Source of the DNA: Eledone cirrhosa
Taxonomy: Eukaryota
Assembly (NCBI GenBank): GCA_964016885.1
Contig: OZ024741.1
Span: forward strand, 157,356,001 to 157,420,000
Reading direction: 5' to 3'
DNA length: 64,000 nt
Every line of letters starts with the position of its first letter. Position 1 is the stretch's first letter. The translations under genes and the position numbers were made by a program. This document shows positions 50,681-64,000 of the stretch, piece by piece. The notes under the pieces were generated by a model. It had not been told where the DNA came from, did not search any database, and was given only the letters and a program-made list of their open reading frames with translations.

Positions 50681-51639
50681 TGGTCTAAGTGTGGAATGGG
50701 AGCAGGCATGGTTATATAGTTATGGTGTGAGCTGAACTGGGAGCATGCATGGTAGTGTGATGTAGGTGTAGTAGGGGCATGGCAAGCATGGCTGTGTGTT
50801 TAACCCTTTCATTGCTATATATCTAATGAAATACACTCTATTTCAATTAGTTAATGAAGAATTCAACAAACTTATTAATTATTTCATTACTAAGATAGTA
50901 GCTCAAGATATGGATCTTATATGAAATTACATTGGAAGATTTTAATTTAAATAGGAACCCTTAAAAATTGTTGGGTTTGTTTCATAGAAACTTTATATGC
51001 TGGATGTAGGCATGGGTGTGTGGTTAAGAAGCAATCACATGGTGTTAGATTTGATCCCACTGTAGAATAAGGTACAGTAGGATACTTAGAGCTTTACCAG
51101 TGATGAATTGACTAATTACCTTGTAAGTTGAATTTCATAGATACAGATAAAAGTATTTCAAAATACTGCAAGTAAATATTACATTTAAATATAGAAAGAC
51201 ATAACGTGGATTGGCAGTATCGGTAGAGGGTCGGACGCTATGTTTTCCAGCATAGTTACGTCCCTTTACGATCTGAGTTCAAATCCCGCCGAGGTTGACT
51301 TTGCCTTTCATCCTTACGGGGTCGATAAAATAAAGTACCAGTAATGCACTGGGTATTTGCTGGCCTTGTGCCTAAAGTAGAAACAATTATGTGATAAGGT
51401 TCAATGGAGATACAGCAATAAGTTTGCAGATAGAATAAACGAGATGTAATTACGTCATTGGTGCAGTGAAAAGATCTATGTGTTGATTAAAAAATCTAAC
51501 GATGAATTTAGTGTATTAAGTAAGCAGAATACTTGAATAAATATTTCTTACTTCCATGTACAGTAAATTATGTTAATCAAAGCAATAATGATAGTGATTT
51601 CAATTATGGGCCACAAGGGCCGACATGTAGGGGACAATA

Positions 51640-52640
51640 ATAATAATAATAATAATGATTTCATTTATTAGCCACAAGGGCCGACATGTAGGGGACAATA
51701 CAAAGACAGGGACAGTGGGGGTTTACAATAAGGTGGAGTAAAAGTGCACAATGGCAAGACTAATTTAACAATGAAAATATAAAAATATAAAATAAACTAT
51801 GCATAAATATAACAAAATAAATTCCCCGATAGGAGGTGTACGACTCTGGGGTGATTCAGGTACCCCACCAATCCTGAACCACCCTGCGCTTCTAGGGCAC
51901 CCAGGGAGAGCACCCCTCTCCTCAAGTTAGCTAGCCTATAGGCGCATGGTCAGAGTAGGCCCATTCACACGAGCCATTCTCGCCACATTCACCCACCCTT
52001 TAGCAAATGTACTGGGGGGCAGCACTTCTCTCTCCACCCTCACCTTCCTTTCCAGGTGAAACTTGAAGAAGTTGATGAGGGATTGGCCGAAGAGAAAAGT
52101 GTCTGTCTTTAGTCCTTTCAACCTGGTCCACCATATAATCTCTTTCGCAACTGCCACCAGACAGAGGAAAATTTCCTGCTCTTCCTGACCTAAGGAAGGC
52201 AGTGGATCGATCTTCACTATGGACTCGGCCGATAGCCGGATTCGTTCCACACGCGACAGTAGCTGTTCGACATAACACCACAAGTCAGTAATGCACGGAC
52301 ATTGGACAAGTGCGTGCAGAACGGTTTCGTCGTTCTGTGCGCATCTTGGGCAGGTCCGTCTGACAGCACTTCCGTACCTGTAGAGTTTATCCCGAACCGG
52401 CAGTGCCCCCCGGTAGCACTGCCAACGAGGGATTTCTGGAAATTGTCCATCGTCCTCGGCTCAAAAGTCCTCCGGTACAGACTGGTCAGTTCGACTTCGT
52501 CGAGGCCCAAAGCTTCTCCGAGTGCGTCATCGCACTTGCCCACCACTAATCCTCTATAGAACTCGAGAGTGGAAGTTCCACTGATCGCATTGCCCGCTTG
52601 GTAGAGGGCAGTGAGTGCCTGGCAACATTCCAGGTGCCAA
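51640..52640 (-). mobile_element. Tx1/L1-clade LINE 3' fragment (second subfamily), in (AAT)n
   Basis: ORFs 52217-52687 and 51936-52283 are homologous to 32430-32957 and 31944-32258 (MDNFQKSL, VAKEIIWWTRLKGL, WVNVARM). The 3' terminus is locally duplicated at 51610-51640. Confidence 0.85.
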
Positions 52641-52837
52641 TAATAATAATATTTCCAGGGATGGTTAAAGAAAATTGGCCCCGCCACGCTTTTTGGAATG
52701 CTTCAAAAGGCATGCTTGCTGGGAACAGCAAGAACCCTCCGATACGTCCTGAATATCTGAGGCTGCAGGTAGTGGCTTGATATTCATTTCAACAAACTTT
52801 CCAGTTAACTAACATCAATGACTGAGACTCAAAGAAC

Positions 52838-52869
<32 letters not shown>

Positions 52870-52870
<1 letters not shown>

Positions 52871-53447
52871 CTAAACTATAATAAAGTAAGAAGCACAGGA
52901 CTGCATACGGTTTATAATTTCTTATTCCCTTAGTAAAATAAGTTGGATTACTTTGAATAAATAATTGTTCCTACTTTAGGCACAAGGCCAGCAATTACCC
53001 AGTGCATTACTGGTACTTTATTTTAACGACCCCGTAAGGATGAAAGGCAAAGTCAACCTCGAATGAATATTACATAATTTATCTACTAAATTTCGTGGCT
53101 GTTTATTAAATATATTGTATTACTTATTTAAAGATTCACTTCTTTAACATTTTCAAATGTCAACACTTCCAGTTAGCGATTGTTTAAATAAATATTCATA
53201 TATTTCTATCACAAATTTTCTCCTAATGCAGTTTATATATAATATCGTCTTTTTTTAATGTATCATGGATTACGTTACTGATTACATAAGAGAGTGTAAC
53301 ACAGTCTTCATTCAATTTCTGTGTATAGTGTCAATTACGATTTTATTTGATGTATCATATCTACATGTATATATACCTGCGTATAATATCAATATACACA
53401 CTACACATGCTAGCAGAAAACCAACCGAAGGGTGGTTTTTCTGCTAG
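52870..53447 (+). mobile_element. Non-autonomous Helitron with nested SINE fragment
   Basis: A|TCTAAACTATAATAAAG ... hairpin CTAGCAGAAAACCAACC-GAAG-GGTGGTTTTTCTGCTAG|T within (AAT)n. Confidence 0.75.
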
Positions 53448-53459
53448 TAATAATAATAA

Positions 53460-53965
53460 AGAAAGGTGATTCACTGGCATTTATGCAAACTAAATAATTT
53501 ACCACATTTTGAGAAGTGGTATGAGCATAAGCCAGAGTCGGTGATAGAAGACGATCGAGTGAAGGTGCTATGAGATTTTAGGATACAGACAGACAAGAAA
53601 TTAGAACACAATAGGCCTGACTATTGGTTTTTGACAAGGAAAAAAGATTGTGCCTGATTGTAAATGTAGCCTATCCCTTTCACACAAGAGTGGAAGAAAA
53701 GGAGAAATTAAAAAGAATTTGGGGCTGTCATGAGGTCAAGGTCATCCCAATTGTCATAGGAGCACTAGGTACTATCTCGAGGAGTTTTCAAGGATGGTTA
53801 AGGAGCATTAGTCCAGCTCCCTTTTTTGGAACACTTCAAAAGGCATGCTTGCTGGGAACAGCAAGAACCTTCCAATACGTCCTGAATATCTGAGGCTGCA
53901 GATAGCAGCATGATGTTCATTTCAACAGACTTTCCAGTTATACAACATCGATGACTGAGACACCA
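53460..53965 (+). mobile_element. R4/Dong-like LINE RLE 3' fragment
   Basis: WYEHKPE...DFRIQTD..LEHNRPD...VIPIVIGALG...LQKACLLGTAR. Its 3' end is also present at ~52690-52832. Confidence 0.82.
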
Positions 53966-54014
53966 AGTAAATAATAATAATAATAACAATAACAATAATA
54001 ATTTTTCTACCAAG

Positions 54015-54315
54015 GAAATGGAGAAACTATCCAAATATAAAGATATAGAAATAGAAATAACCCGAATGTGGATGTTGAAGACAGAAAAAATACCTATAAT
54101 TATAGGTACTCTGGGAATGATAAAGCATGCAGACAGATACATAAACAAAACCCCAGGACACACAAATATATACAACATTCAAACAATAGCACTACTAGGC
54201 ACTGCACACCTATTACGAAGAGTACTCTCAATACAATAGAACAAACACCACCAAAAATCTCACTGAACCTACCCAAGACGCACAGAGCTGCACTCGGTAA
54301 TGCAGTGATAACGTG
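54015..54315 (+). mobile_element. R4/Dong-like LINE RLE 3' fragment (different subfamily)
   Basis: EKLSKYKDIEIEITRMW...PIIIGTLG...IQTIALLGTAHLLRRVL. Confidence 0.8.
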
Positions 54316-54328
54316 TATTATAATAATA

Positions 54329-54717
54329 ATTGTTTCTACTTTTGGCACAAGGCCAGCAATTACCCAGTACATTACTGATACTTTATTTTATCGACCCCGT
54401 AAGGATGAAAGGCAAAGTTAACCTCGGCGGGATTTGAACTCAGACCATAAAGGGCCGTAACTCTTTGCTGCAAGGCATGGCGTCAGACCCTCTACCGATA
54501 CTGCCAGTCCACCGCCCTTATTATTATAATAATAATAATAATTGTTTCTACTTTTGGCACAAGGCCAGCAATTACCCAGTGTATTACTGGTACTTTATTT
54601 TACCAACCCTCTAAGGATAAAAGGCAAAGTTAACCTCGGCAGGATTTGAACTCAGAATGGCAAGGGCCGTAACTCTATGCGTCAAAGCATGGCGTCCGAC
54701 CCTCTACCGATACTGCC
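54329..54717 (-). mobile_element. Dimeric family-A SINE
   Basis: Two monomers joined by an ATT/AAT linker; reverse complement of 59170-59556. Confidence 0.85.
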
Positions 54718-54747
54718 GAAATAATAATAATAATAATAATAATAATG

Positions 54748-57480
54748 TCAATGAAGTTCTGAAATACATCAAAACAAATAACATCATAGAAACAAATAAC
54801 CTGATAAAGTCATCAAGAAAATATGAGTGTAGATGACAAGGCAAAGAAAAACGATAAGGAAGACCAAAAATTAAAAAAATAAGAGCCATGGTGGAAAAGG
54901 AGAATACAGGCCAGTATAGATACCCTCTTGAAGGACATTTCTGTCTTAGTCCGAAAAGAGAAGGGGGAGCTTAGGAATATGAAAATAATACAGAGCACTG
55001 TAAAGAAAGTATGGCATTGAAAGAAAAGGCCTAAAAGTAGTGATGGCGGAACTCAAGCAAACGTCTCATAGCAAAAAAGATAGTTAGATACAAACAACGA
55101 ATAAAGCAGTACCAACAAAATAGACTATTCAGAGTAAAACAAAAGAGATTTTACCTAGAAATAAATGGAGATTGTACAGATGAAGTGATTATAATGGATA
55201 ACACTGAAAGTCAAAAATTTTGGAACTACATTTGGAGTAAAGAGCAGGAACACAAGGAGGAGGCTGAATGGTTAGAACTTAAACAAACAACAGTTTGCCC
55301 ACAACAGGCAGAACTAGTCAGTTCAGCTAGGGACATGAATGAAGCCAGAAATAAAGATGAGCAACTGGAAGTCCCCAGAACTAAAAGTTCAAGGCTACTG
55401 GATCAAAAGATTTAGTCAATGCCATGAACAAACAACTGAACAACTCAACACATTGCTAAATGCTGATCAAGTGATACTGGAGTGGCCAGCAAAAGGCAGG
55501 ACAGTTTTGTGCTTAAAAAATATCACTAAAGAGAATACGGTAGACAACCACAAACCGATAACATGCCTACCACTTATGTGGAAATTATTGACTGGAATAA
55601 TCGCAGAATCAATGTATGGGCATCTTAAAGAAAATGGAGTTCTACCAGATGAGCAGTGCAGAGGTACAAAGGACCAGCTTTTGATAGATAAAACTATACT
55701 TAAGGATAACAAAAAGAGGAAAACCAACTTGATCGTGGCATGGATCGATTACCACAAAGCCTATGACATGATTCCACACACTTGGATTATGTGTTAACTT
55801 ATTTCGTATTGAGCAATTCTTAAGGAAAAGTATGAAAAAGTGGAAGACTGAACTGATAGCATATGGAAGAGATTTAGGAACAATGGAAATCAATAGAACT
55901 ATATTCCAAGTGGACAACCTGTCACCACTGAGGTTTATACTATGCATGATATCACTGACAATGATTTTGAGAAAAGTTAATGCTGGGTAGGAATTCAAAG
56001 ATTGCCAGCAAAAAATCAACTACTTATTAATCATGGATGACCTCAAGCTTTATAGTAAGAATGAATCCCAGCTTGATTTGGTATATACATTTAGTGCTGA
56101 CATCAGAATGGAGTTTGGATTAAAAAAGTGTGGTGTGTTAATCTTGAACAGTGGCAAAATTAAAAGCATTGAGGTGTTGGTGCTGCCTTCAAGGAAGGTT
56201 ATGAAGCAAATAGAAGAGGAAGGTTATAAATACTGAGGGATAATGGAGGTTGATAAGATAATGTAGGAGGAAATGAAAGAAAAATTTATGGTGGAATACA
56301 TGTGCAGACTGAGACTTATTCTCAAAATGAAACTGGTTGGACAGAATAAGATGGAAGCTATCAATACATGGGTGGTATCACTCCTTAGATATGGGTTGAG
56401 GGGGATCACATCGACATTGGAAGAGCTAATCAGTTTAGACTGATGGACAAGAATGATATTGACTAGATATGAGGTATTTCACCCAAAGAGTGACACAGAC
56501 AGATTATATGTATCAAGAAAATGAGGAGGAAGGGGACTGATAGGATGTGAAGACAGTATTAGAACAGAGAAAATAACATGGCATGGTACATAAAAAAATT
56601 CCACAGAACCACTGTTGCTGGAAGTAAGAAGGTCAGGGCTGTACAAAATAGAAGATTGTAAAGAAAAAACACATTTGAAGATGGATGAAACTAACAGAAT
56701 ATGGACAGAAAAAAAGAATGTATGGACAATTCCATAGAGGTGAAAATAGGACCAGAAACAGAAGCCTTAATCTGTGCTGCTCAAGAACAAGCACTAAGAA
56801 ATAACTACATCAAGTATAGAGTAAACCACACAGCAGAAAGTGATAAGTGTAGAATTTGTTATATCAATGGAGATACTGTATGACATATTACCAGTTAACG
56901 TACACCACTAGCTCAGGAAGAATATAAGAGATGTCACAACAACATAGCAAGGATTGTCCATTGGGCTCTTTGTGTCTTGACAGAACAGAAAAGTCGAATG
57001 AATATAACCCTGAGGGTGTTATCAAAACTGATGATGCAAAGATCCTGTGGGACTTTGTGATACAGTATAACCATGAGAATGAGCATATGAGACTAGATAT
57101 TGTGAGAAAGAAAGCAAATAGTGTTGGATCAAAGATATAGCCTGTCCAGCTGATAAGAAGATATGTAATAAAGAAAAAAGAAATTGATAGTTATGACAGG
57201 TTAGCTTGGGAGGTCAAGCAGTTGTGGTCACTGGAAAAGGTGATGGTAATACCAATAATCGTTGGAGTCTTGGTAACATGAGTAAAGATCTTGAGAAATA
57301 CATTAAACAAATAGGGATTGCAATACAGATGGGACACTTACAAAAAACAGCATTGCTTGGAACAGCTCAAATAATCTGAAGGGTAAATGAAAAATAAAGG
57401 GTGTTACCTCAGTTCACTGGTAGTGAACAACCATCACTGAAACACATAACCAGCAAGAGAAGCTGAGTGAAGGAACAATA
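54748..57480 (+). mobile_element. Degenerate R4/Dong-clade LINE (RT, CCHC finger, RLE), flanked by (AAT)n
   Basis: [89 protein letters not shown]; many stops. Confidence 0.88.
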
Positions 57481-58118
57481 ATACTAATAATAATGATCCC
57501 TAGCTTAACATCACTGCAAGAAGTGCAAAAAATTGTTTTAATTAGTATGCCGCACATATTTAGAAGAGCACTATCGCTGTGAGAATGATAATCACCTATG
57601 TAATTTTTTTTTACATATCTTTATTTGATTATAATCCATAATTACATAATTTGTAAATAATCAAGTACTCTTATATAATTATTATTCTGTTGTAAATATG
57701 ATTTTAAACAGATAATGTGCACATGTTTAAAGCAAATGATATACTTGTAACTATGTGAAGTCATGACATGAATAGTCTGGTGTGTTTATTTTTATGGCTT
57801 ATCAATGAAGGAAGTAAGTTTCTCTGCCTAAACAGCTAACCAGAAGGTGATGGATAGGACAGGAGCGCAGCATGTAGTTTGCTTGTTTAGAATGAAACGA
57901 AACCATACGTAGGGGAAATAGTGTCAATAGGGCTATTTCATAAAGTTAGTTGAGAAAGAAGACAAAGCATTTTGAAAATCATTGGACATTGACATAAACA
58001 AATGGAGAACCTCAAAAAGAGAAAGTGTGGAAAATTGATTCAAAATATAGCTTGAATAGTCTTATCTTTTCATGGCTGAGTGGTTCTTTTAATACATTGT
58101 GGGTTTTTATTTCAATAG

Positions 58119-58191
58119 AGATGACATGGACTGGACAGAACAGGACATGAACGCATATGATGTGATTCTATCACACTCGAAACATTTATAA
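58119..58191 (+). CDS. Possible isolated terminal coding exon (…DDMDWTEQDMNAYDVILSHSKHL*), unassigned
   Basis: Pyrimidine-rich TTTTTATTTCAATAG acceptor, short open frame of non-repetitive composition, TAA followed by AATAAA. No partner exons identified. Confidence 0.22.
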
Positions 58192-58527
58192 AGCAATAAA
58201 CTAGTTTAGAATTTCGATTCCATCTTTCTATTTTCATATAGATATATTTATATATATTGTTTTTAGAAAAAGGAAGAATTCCAAACATGGGAAATATTAT
58301 ATTGTTTCTACTTTTGGCACAAGGCCAGCAATTATCCCAGTGTATTACTGGTACTTTATTTTATCGGCCCCGTAAGGATGAAAGGCAAAGTTAACCTTGG
58401 CGGCATTTGAACTCAGACCATAAAGGGCCGTAACTCTTTGCTGCAAAGCATGGCATCAGACCCTCTACCGATACTGCCAATCCACATGGGAAATATTAAA
58501 ATGAAAGTTAATTGCTATAAATAATAT

Positions 58528-59000
58528 CTTAGACAATCAGGTGAAATAACCCGATGGATGGAAAAAGTGGCTAGCAGCTGCTACAAAGAGTCAAACTCTG
58601 TAGCCTTTGAATTCCGACTGAGTGAGCTAAGGAGCCTGTAACAGTTTCCATCTAAATTAGATAGGTATACTGGACAGCTTGGATGTAGACAACCTTCTGA
58701 ATAAACTATTGAAACACTGAAATTATTTTTAGAAGTAGGAATCTCAAACAGAAAAAAAATTGTAACAGTTGATTGCTCTAAATAATAGATTAGAAAATAG
58801 GATGCAATACCCCTAAAAAGCGGGAAATGGGGCCACTGTTCAGTATAGCTTTCTAATTTAGACAGAATCTGTTATCTAAAGTTACTTAGCTCAATGGTTA
58901 GTGCACTCAGTCAGAATTCAAGTGATATAATGTTTGATTCTTTGTAGAGGCTGCTGGCCACTTTTTTCCACTCACATGGGTATTTCAACTGATTTTCTAA
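58528..59000. mobile_element. Two diverged copies of a third tRNA-like SINE, head-to-head (58528-58635 -, 58883-59000 +)
   Basis: TAGCTCAATGGTTAG...GTTTGATTC head on +; ~100 bp of diverged inverted similarity (GGAAAAAGTGGC.AGCAGC..CTACAAAGA.TCAAAC). Confidence 0.55.
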
Positions 59001-59169
59001 ACTGCTAGTCATGGTGATACTGATGGAACATGTGTAAGCAAGACGTGGTTACAGCCAACCAATCCAGGAGGACCGTAACTTGAATTAAATACTGACCTGT
59101 TCCATGACAAAACATCCAGAATTTTTTCATTATTAAGTTGGTGTTTGGAATATAACAAAGTTTTTTACA

Positions 59170-59556
59170 TTGGCAGTATCGGTAGAGGGTCGGACGCCAT
59201 GCTTTGACGCATAGAGTTACGGCCCTTGCCATTCTGAGTTCAAATCCTGCCGAGGTTAACTTTGCCTTTCATCCTTAGAGAGTCGATAAAATAAAGTACC
59301 AGTAATACACTGGGTAATTGCTGGCCTTGTGCCAAAAGTAGAAACAATTATTATTATTATTATAATAATAAGGGCGGTGGATTGGCAGTATCGGTAGAGG
59401 GTCTGACGCCATGCCTTGCAGCAAAGAGTTACGACCCTTTATGGTCTGAGTTCAAATCCCGCCGAGGTTAACTTTGCCTTTCATCCTTACGGGGTTGATA
59501 AAATAAAGTACCAGTAATGTACTGGGTAATTGCTGTGCCAAAAGTAGAAACAATTA
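59170..59556 (+). mobile_element. Dimeric family-A SINE
   Basis: Same two monomers, linker and approximate 5' truncation point as 54329-54717. Confidence 0.85.
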
Positions 59557-60382
59557 TGATAAAAGGGTTTTAGATAAATATAGGTATTTTAACGTTTTTG
59601 TTATCATATTTCTAATAAAAGACACTACCTATCATTTTCAAATATGTTTGAAAATAATGAAAAATCTGGAGGGATTAAGTAATATAACTAACGTCTCTTT
59701 ATTAAGCCGATGGTTTTGGAACATAACAGAGGTTCTATACATGAAATGATAATCAAAGGTTTTTAGATAAATATATGTTTTGTGTCATAGAACCAGAGGT
59801 AATTACAAATGGTTTGGTATGAAAAGGGTAAACCCATAGAAGCATGCAGGCATGTTTGCAGAAATGGTAGCGAAGATAGAAAGCATTGCCGCTCTGAAGA
59901 TATCCAACTGCCTATGGTGAGTATTTATATTCTTCAGATAAGTTTACAGCTGGATAGAAATTGAGAAGATAAGACCAATATAAAATATAACTTAGTGGGC
60001 TACAACTTTGTTATATGTAATGTGGGTGTGTGTGTATATATACACATGTGTATATATCTATACATAAGCATGTGTATGTCAATGTGTGAATATGTATGTA
60101 GATAAGTATTAATGTATGTATATTATGTACGTTCAGTGTGTATATATATATATATATGTGTGTGTGAAATATATATATGTGTGTGTATATATATATGTGT
60201 GTGTGCATGTATAAGGATACTTGACTGTGTCTATGAAAAAACCATAAAAGAAGTATTATATTTATCTATACCACCTACAAATGTAGATATTAGTGAAGTA
60301 TGTAATGTACTTTAACAGTGATTATATTCATACATACATATATATGTTTCTCTCTTTATTTATATATATATATATACATACT

Positions 60383-60425
<43 letters not shown>

Positions 60426-61313
60426 TGGCTGCCAACTCGTTTTCGAATACAGCCACCACTGTATATCCATGTAGGAGAACCCCTACCGATGCGCCGAATG
60501 AGTGACTTTTTAGTCCAGCCAGCAACTTGAAAACTCTGGTACAAACACTACACTTGTGACAATTATTGACACAGTGCTGGGCCCATGGTACCATGTGACG
60601 ACAAGTGCAGAGAGATCTCCAGATATAAAGCAATGCCTGTGCCGTGAAGCTTTTATAGTGAGCAAAGGCACTGCACAAAGCCAGTCCCACTCTCTTAACC
60701 AAGATGATATTTACCAAAAAGAAGAACAAGTCAACATCATTGGATACCATCAGGGTTGCAGGTGCTATATCAGAGTTTTCCTTCTCTTAGAATTCTGCCT
60801 TGACAAAGGCTAAGGGGTCATCTCTCCCGGTGATTTTGGATGGCCATTGACTCTTAAGAGCTCCTTTGCCCTTTGACAAGTTTTGTTTTTAGTCTTGCAG
60901 GATGTCCAAAGTCACCCTCCTCACCAAGAAACCTACATACATATATAAATACATACATACATATATTATATATATATATGGAGGCACATGGCTTAGTGGT
61001 TAGAGCAATCAAAAGGTTGTGAGTTTAATTCTCAGACCGGGTGATGTGTTGTTTCCTTGAGCAAGACACTTTATTTCACGTTGCTCCAGTTTACTCAGCT
61101 GTAGAAATGAGATGATAGGGACTGGGATCCCTATCATTCCACTGTAAAGTGATCGTGGAGGTGCCATGGCAAAAAAGCACCTAGCACTCACTGTAAATGA
61201 GGTTGGTGTTAGGAAGTGCATCCAGCTGTAGAAATCAAGCCAGAATCAGTTCCCGTGCCACCCTTGCAAGCACGGAAAAGTGGACGTAAAATGAAATGAT
61301 GAAAATGAAATGA

Positions 61314-61365
<52 letters not shown>

Positions 61366-61554
61366 ATAATAATAAATTTGAAGACTAAAATCCAAAGAGG
61401 GCTCGATAAGGATAAATATATATCAAATATATAAGAACTGTAGAGCAAATATTTATTAAAATAACAGATTAAAGTTTAAGCAAAGAATCGCTGCTTTCAC
61501 CCTTAACGGGATCTTCCGAAACTCCAGTTTCAAAAGATCCCGATTCTTTGCTCT

Positions 61555-62262
61555 AGTAAAATTGAATCTCTGGCGGTTTGCAAGCAAATTCGGCCTACTT
61601 ATATGAAATGATGAGTTAGCAAAGCACTCGATAAGTTAGGTCCTTAGAGTAATAACATACATTTAAATAGCTTGACAAATCGAACATTGTGGTAGGCAAA
61701 ATCTAACACACAATAATATACCAAAGTAATGATAGAACTAACAGGTTAAGAAAAAGACACCTGGACAAATCAATTATACGTTTAAAGTGTTTCTTTGAAT
61801 CCAAAATCAAATATCAGACTTACGTGACTGGCAAGCTCGTGGTATTCATAATCGAACGGAGGATTCAGTTTTTCAACAGGCGTTTCGTTCTACCCAGAAC
61901 GGGGGTGATAGGCTAAGTGCAGCATATCGTATCTATAGCTGTCACGTGTTAATTCCAGCAAGGGAAATAACCCCCGGTTTTTGGCGGGTCATTCAAAATG
62001 TTAGACAGAGGAAATATTTTAATTTCCGCTAATCATCATGATAAACTCTCGACTAGATGTTATAAAACAAACACAATAATTAACCAATCAACAGAATTGT
62101 CTAATTAAATTAATTAGTTAATTATTAAATCTAGGAGAATAATATAATTGGAAATTTAGTAAAATCGAATCTCTGGCGGTTTGCAAGCAAATTCGGCCTA
62201 CTTATATGAGATGATGAGTTAGCAAAGCACTCGATAAGTTAGGTACTTAGAGTAATAACATA
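61555..62262. repeat. ~105-bp direct repeats (61555-61658 / 62157-62261) enclosing ~500 bp; abuts (TA)n
   Basis: TAGTAAAAT.GAATCTCTGGCGGTTTGCAAGC...CTTAGAGTAATAACAT occurs twice. Confidence 0.8.
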
Positions 62263-62264
62263 TG

Positions 62265-62870
<606 letters not shown>

Positions 62871-64000
62871 ATCATCATCATCATCATCATCGTTTAACGT
62901 CCATGTTCCACGCTTGCATGGGTTTGGACGGGAGTTTTTCCACTTGAGGCAAGAGTGGTTGTCTTGCTCGCATAGGACTGTCTGGCGGGTTTTCTACAGT
63001 TGGATGCCCTTCCTAACACCAACCACATTTACAGTGTGGGGCTGGGAGGTTTTTACCGTGTTGCCTACACGGCCACATTACAGCGTGGACTGTCTGGCGG
63101 GTTTTCTACAGCTGGATGCCCTTCCTAACACCAACCACATTTACAGTGTGGGACTGGGAGGTTTTTACCGTGTTGCCTACACGGTCACATTACAGCGTGG
63201 ACTGTGTGTTTTTTTTTTTTTTGTCGTGACACCTACACGATCTCATTTGTTTCGGCCTGGATTTTGTGGCACCAACATAACTTTACATTGAAAGGGGCGG
63301 TGTGGATGGGTTGGGGTGGGTGGGACGGGGGTGTATTTTGTTAGAGATGCCTACTGACTGTAGTAGGTTTTACTTTGTATTTAGGTCAGGCGGATCTTCT
63401 CTATTACTGAGTACCGCCAAAGGTCTCGGTCCAGTGACATTGTCTTGGAGAGGTGTAAGTGTGTGAGGTCGGAATTTATCAGCTCGTCCCAGGTTTTTCT
63501 GGGTCTGCTTACTCCGTGGCTACCGTCTATCTTTATTGCCCTGCACTTTGCTATACAGCTGTCGTCTTTCATGCGCATCACGTGACCATACCAACGTAGC
63601 CTTCTCTCGAGTAAACAACATCTGATCCCTCTTATTTCTAATTTTTCCCTTAGTTCGTTTATGCTTTGCCGTTCGCGTATATTACTATTACACATCCAGC
63701 GGAGCATGCAAGCTTCGTTCCTCTCTAGTCTGCATATATCCTCTGCGCACAATGCCCAGGTCTCACTGCCATGCAACATTGCTGTTTGTATGCAGGCATC
63801 ATACAACCTGCTTTTCATTTTTAGGGAGAACCCTTTAGCGGCTAATAGTGGTATAAGCTCTCTGAACTTTTTCCATCCAGTTCTGACTCTAGCTACTGTA
63901 CTTTCAGAGCACCCTCCCCCACTGCTGATTTTGTCACCCAGGTAACGGAAGCTGTCCACTATTTCTATAGAACCCTCTACGCAGTTGAAAGAGCTAGTAT
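62871..64000 (-). mobile_element. RTE LINE 3' fragment (near-identical to 6725-7732) with a tandemly duplicated 3' UTR module
   Basis: ORF 63381-63959 is almost identical to 6764-7342; a ~115-bp UTR block is duplicated at ~62975-63205; (CAT)n tail. Confidence 0.93.

Overview
This is AT-rich, repeat-saturated eukaryotic DNA. The mix of (TA)n/(CA)n/(GAT)n/(AAT)n microsatellites, RTE LINEs, Penelope-like elements (PLEs), R4/Dong LINEs and tRNA-derived SINEs suggests a cephalopod (Octopus-like) intergenic or intronic region; that assignment is an inference. I found no intact host gene. Nearly all long ORFs in the track are either microsatellite translations (IYIY/HTHT/CVCV) or decayed transposon ORFs. 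Elements recognised: several PLE families (RT and GIY-YIG), RTE LINE fragments, two Tx1/L1-like fragments, R4/Dong-like RLE LINEs, two non-autonomous Helitron families, a hAT (Buster/Charlie-type) transposase relic, Tc1/mariner and TTAA-flanked MITEs, three SINE families and minisatellites. Signals most worth follow-up: (i) minimal type I hammerhead ribozyme folds, including four copies in one PLE family and several unrelated ones; (ii) a size series of fold-back (inverted) insertions of that PLE in (TA)n, from ~1.9 kb down to ~50 bp; (iii) a ~500-bp palindrome carrying a hammerhead on each arm; (iv) an unexplained tail-to-tail pair of paralogous coding relics with synonymous-biased divergence at ~8.5-8.8 kb; (v) a SINE dimer that appears to move as a unit. 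Coordinates were read by eye and may be off by a few bases.
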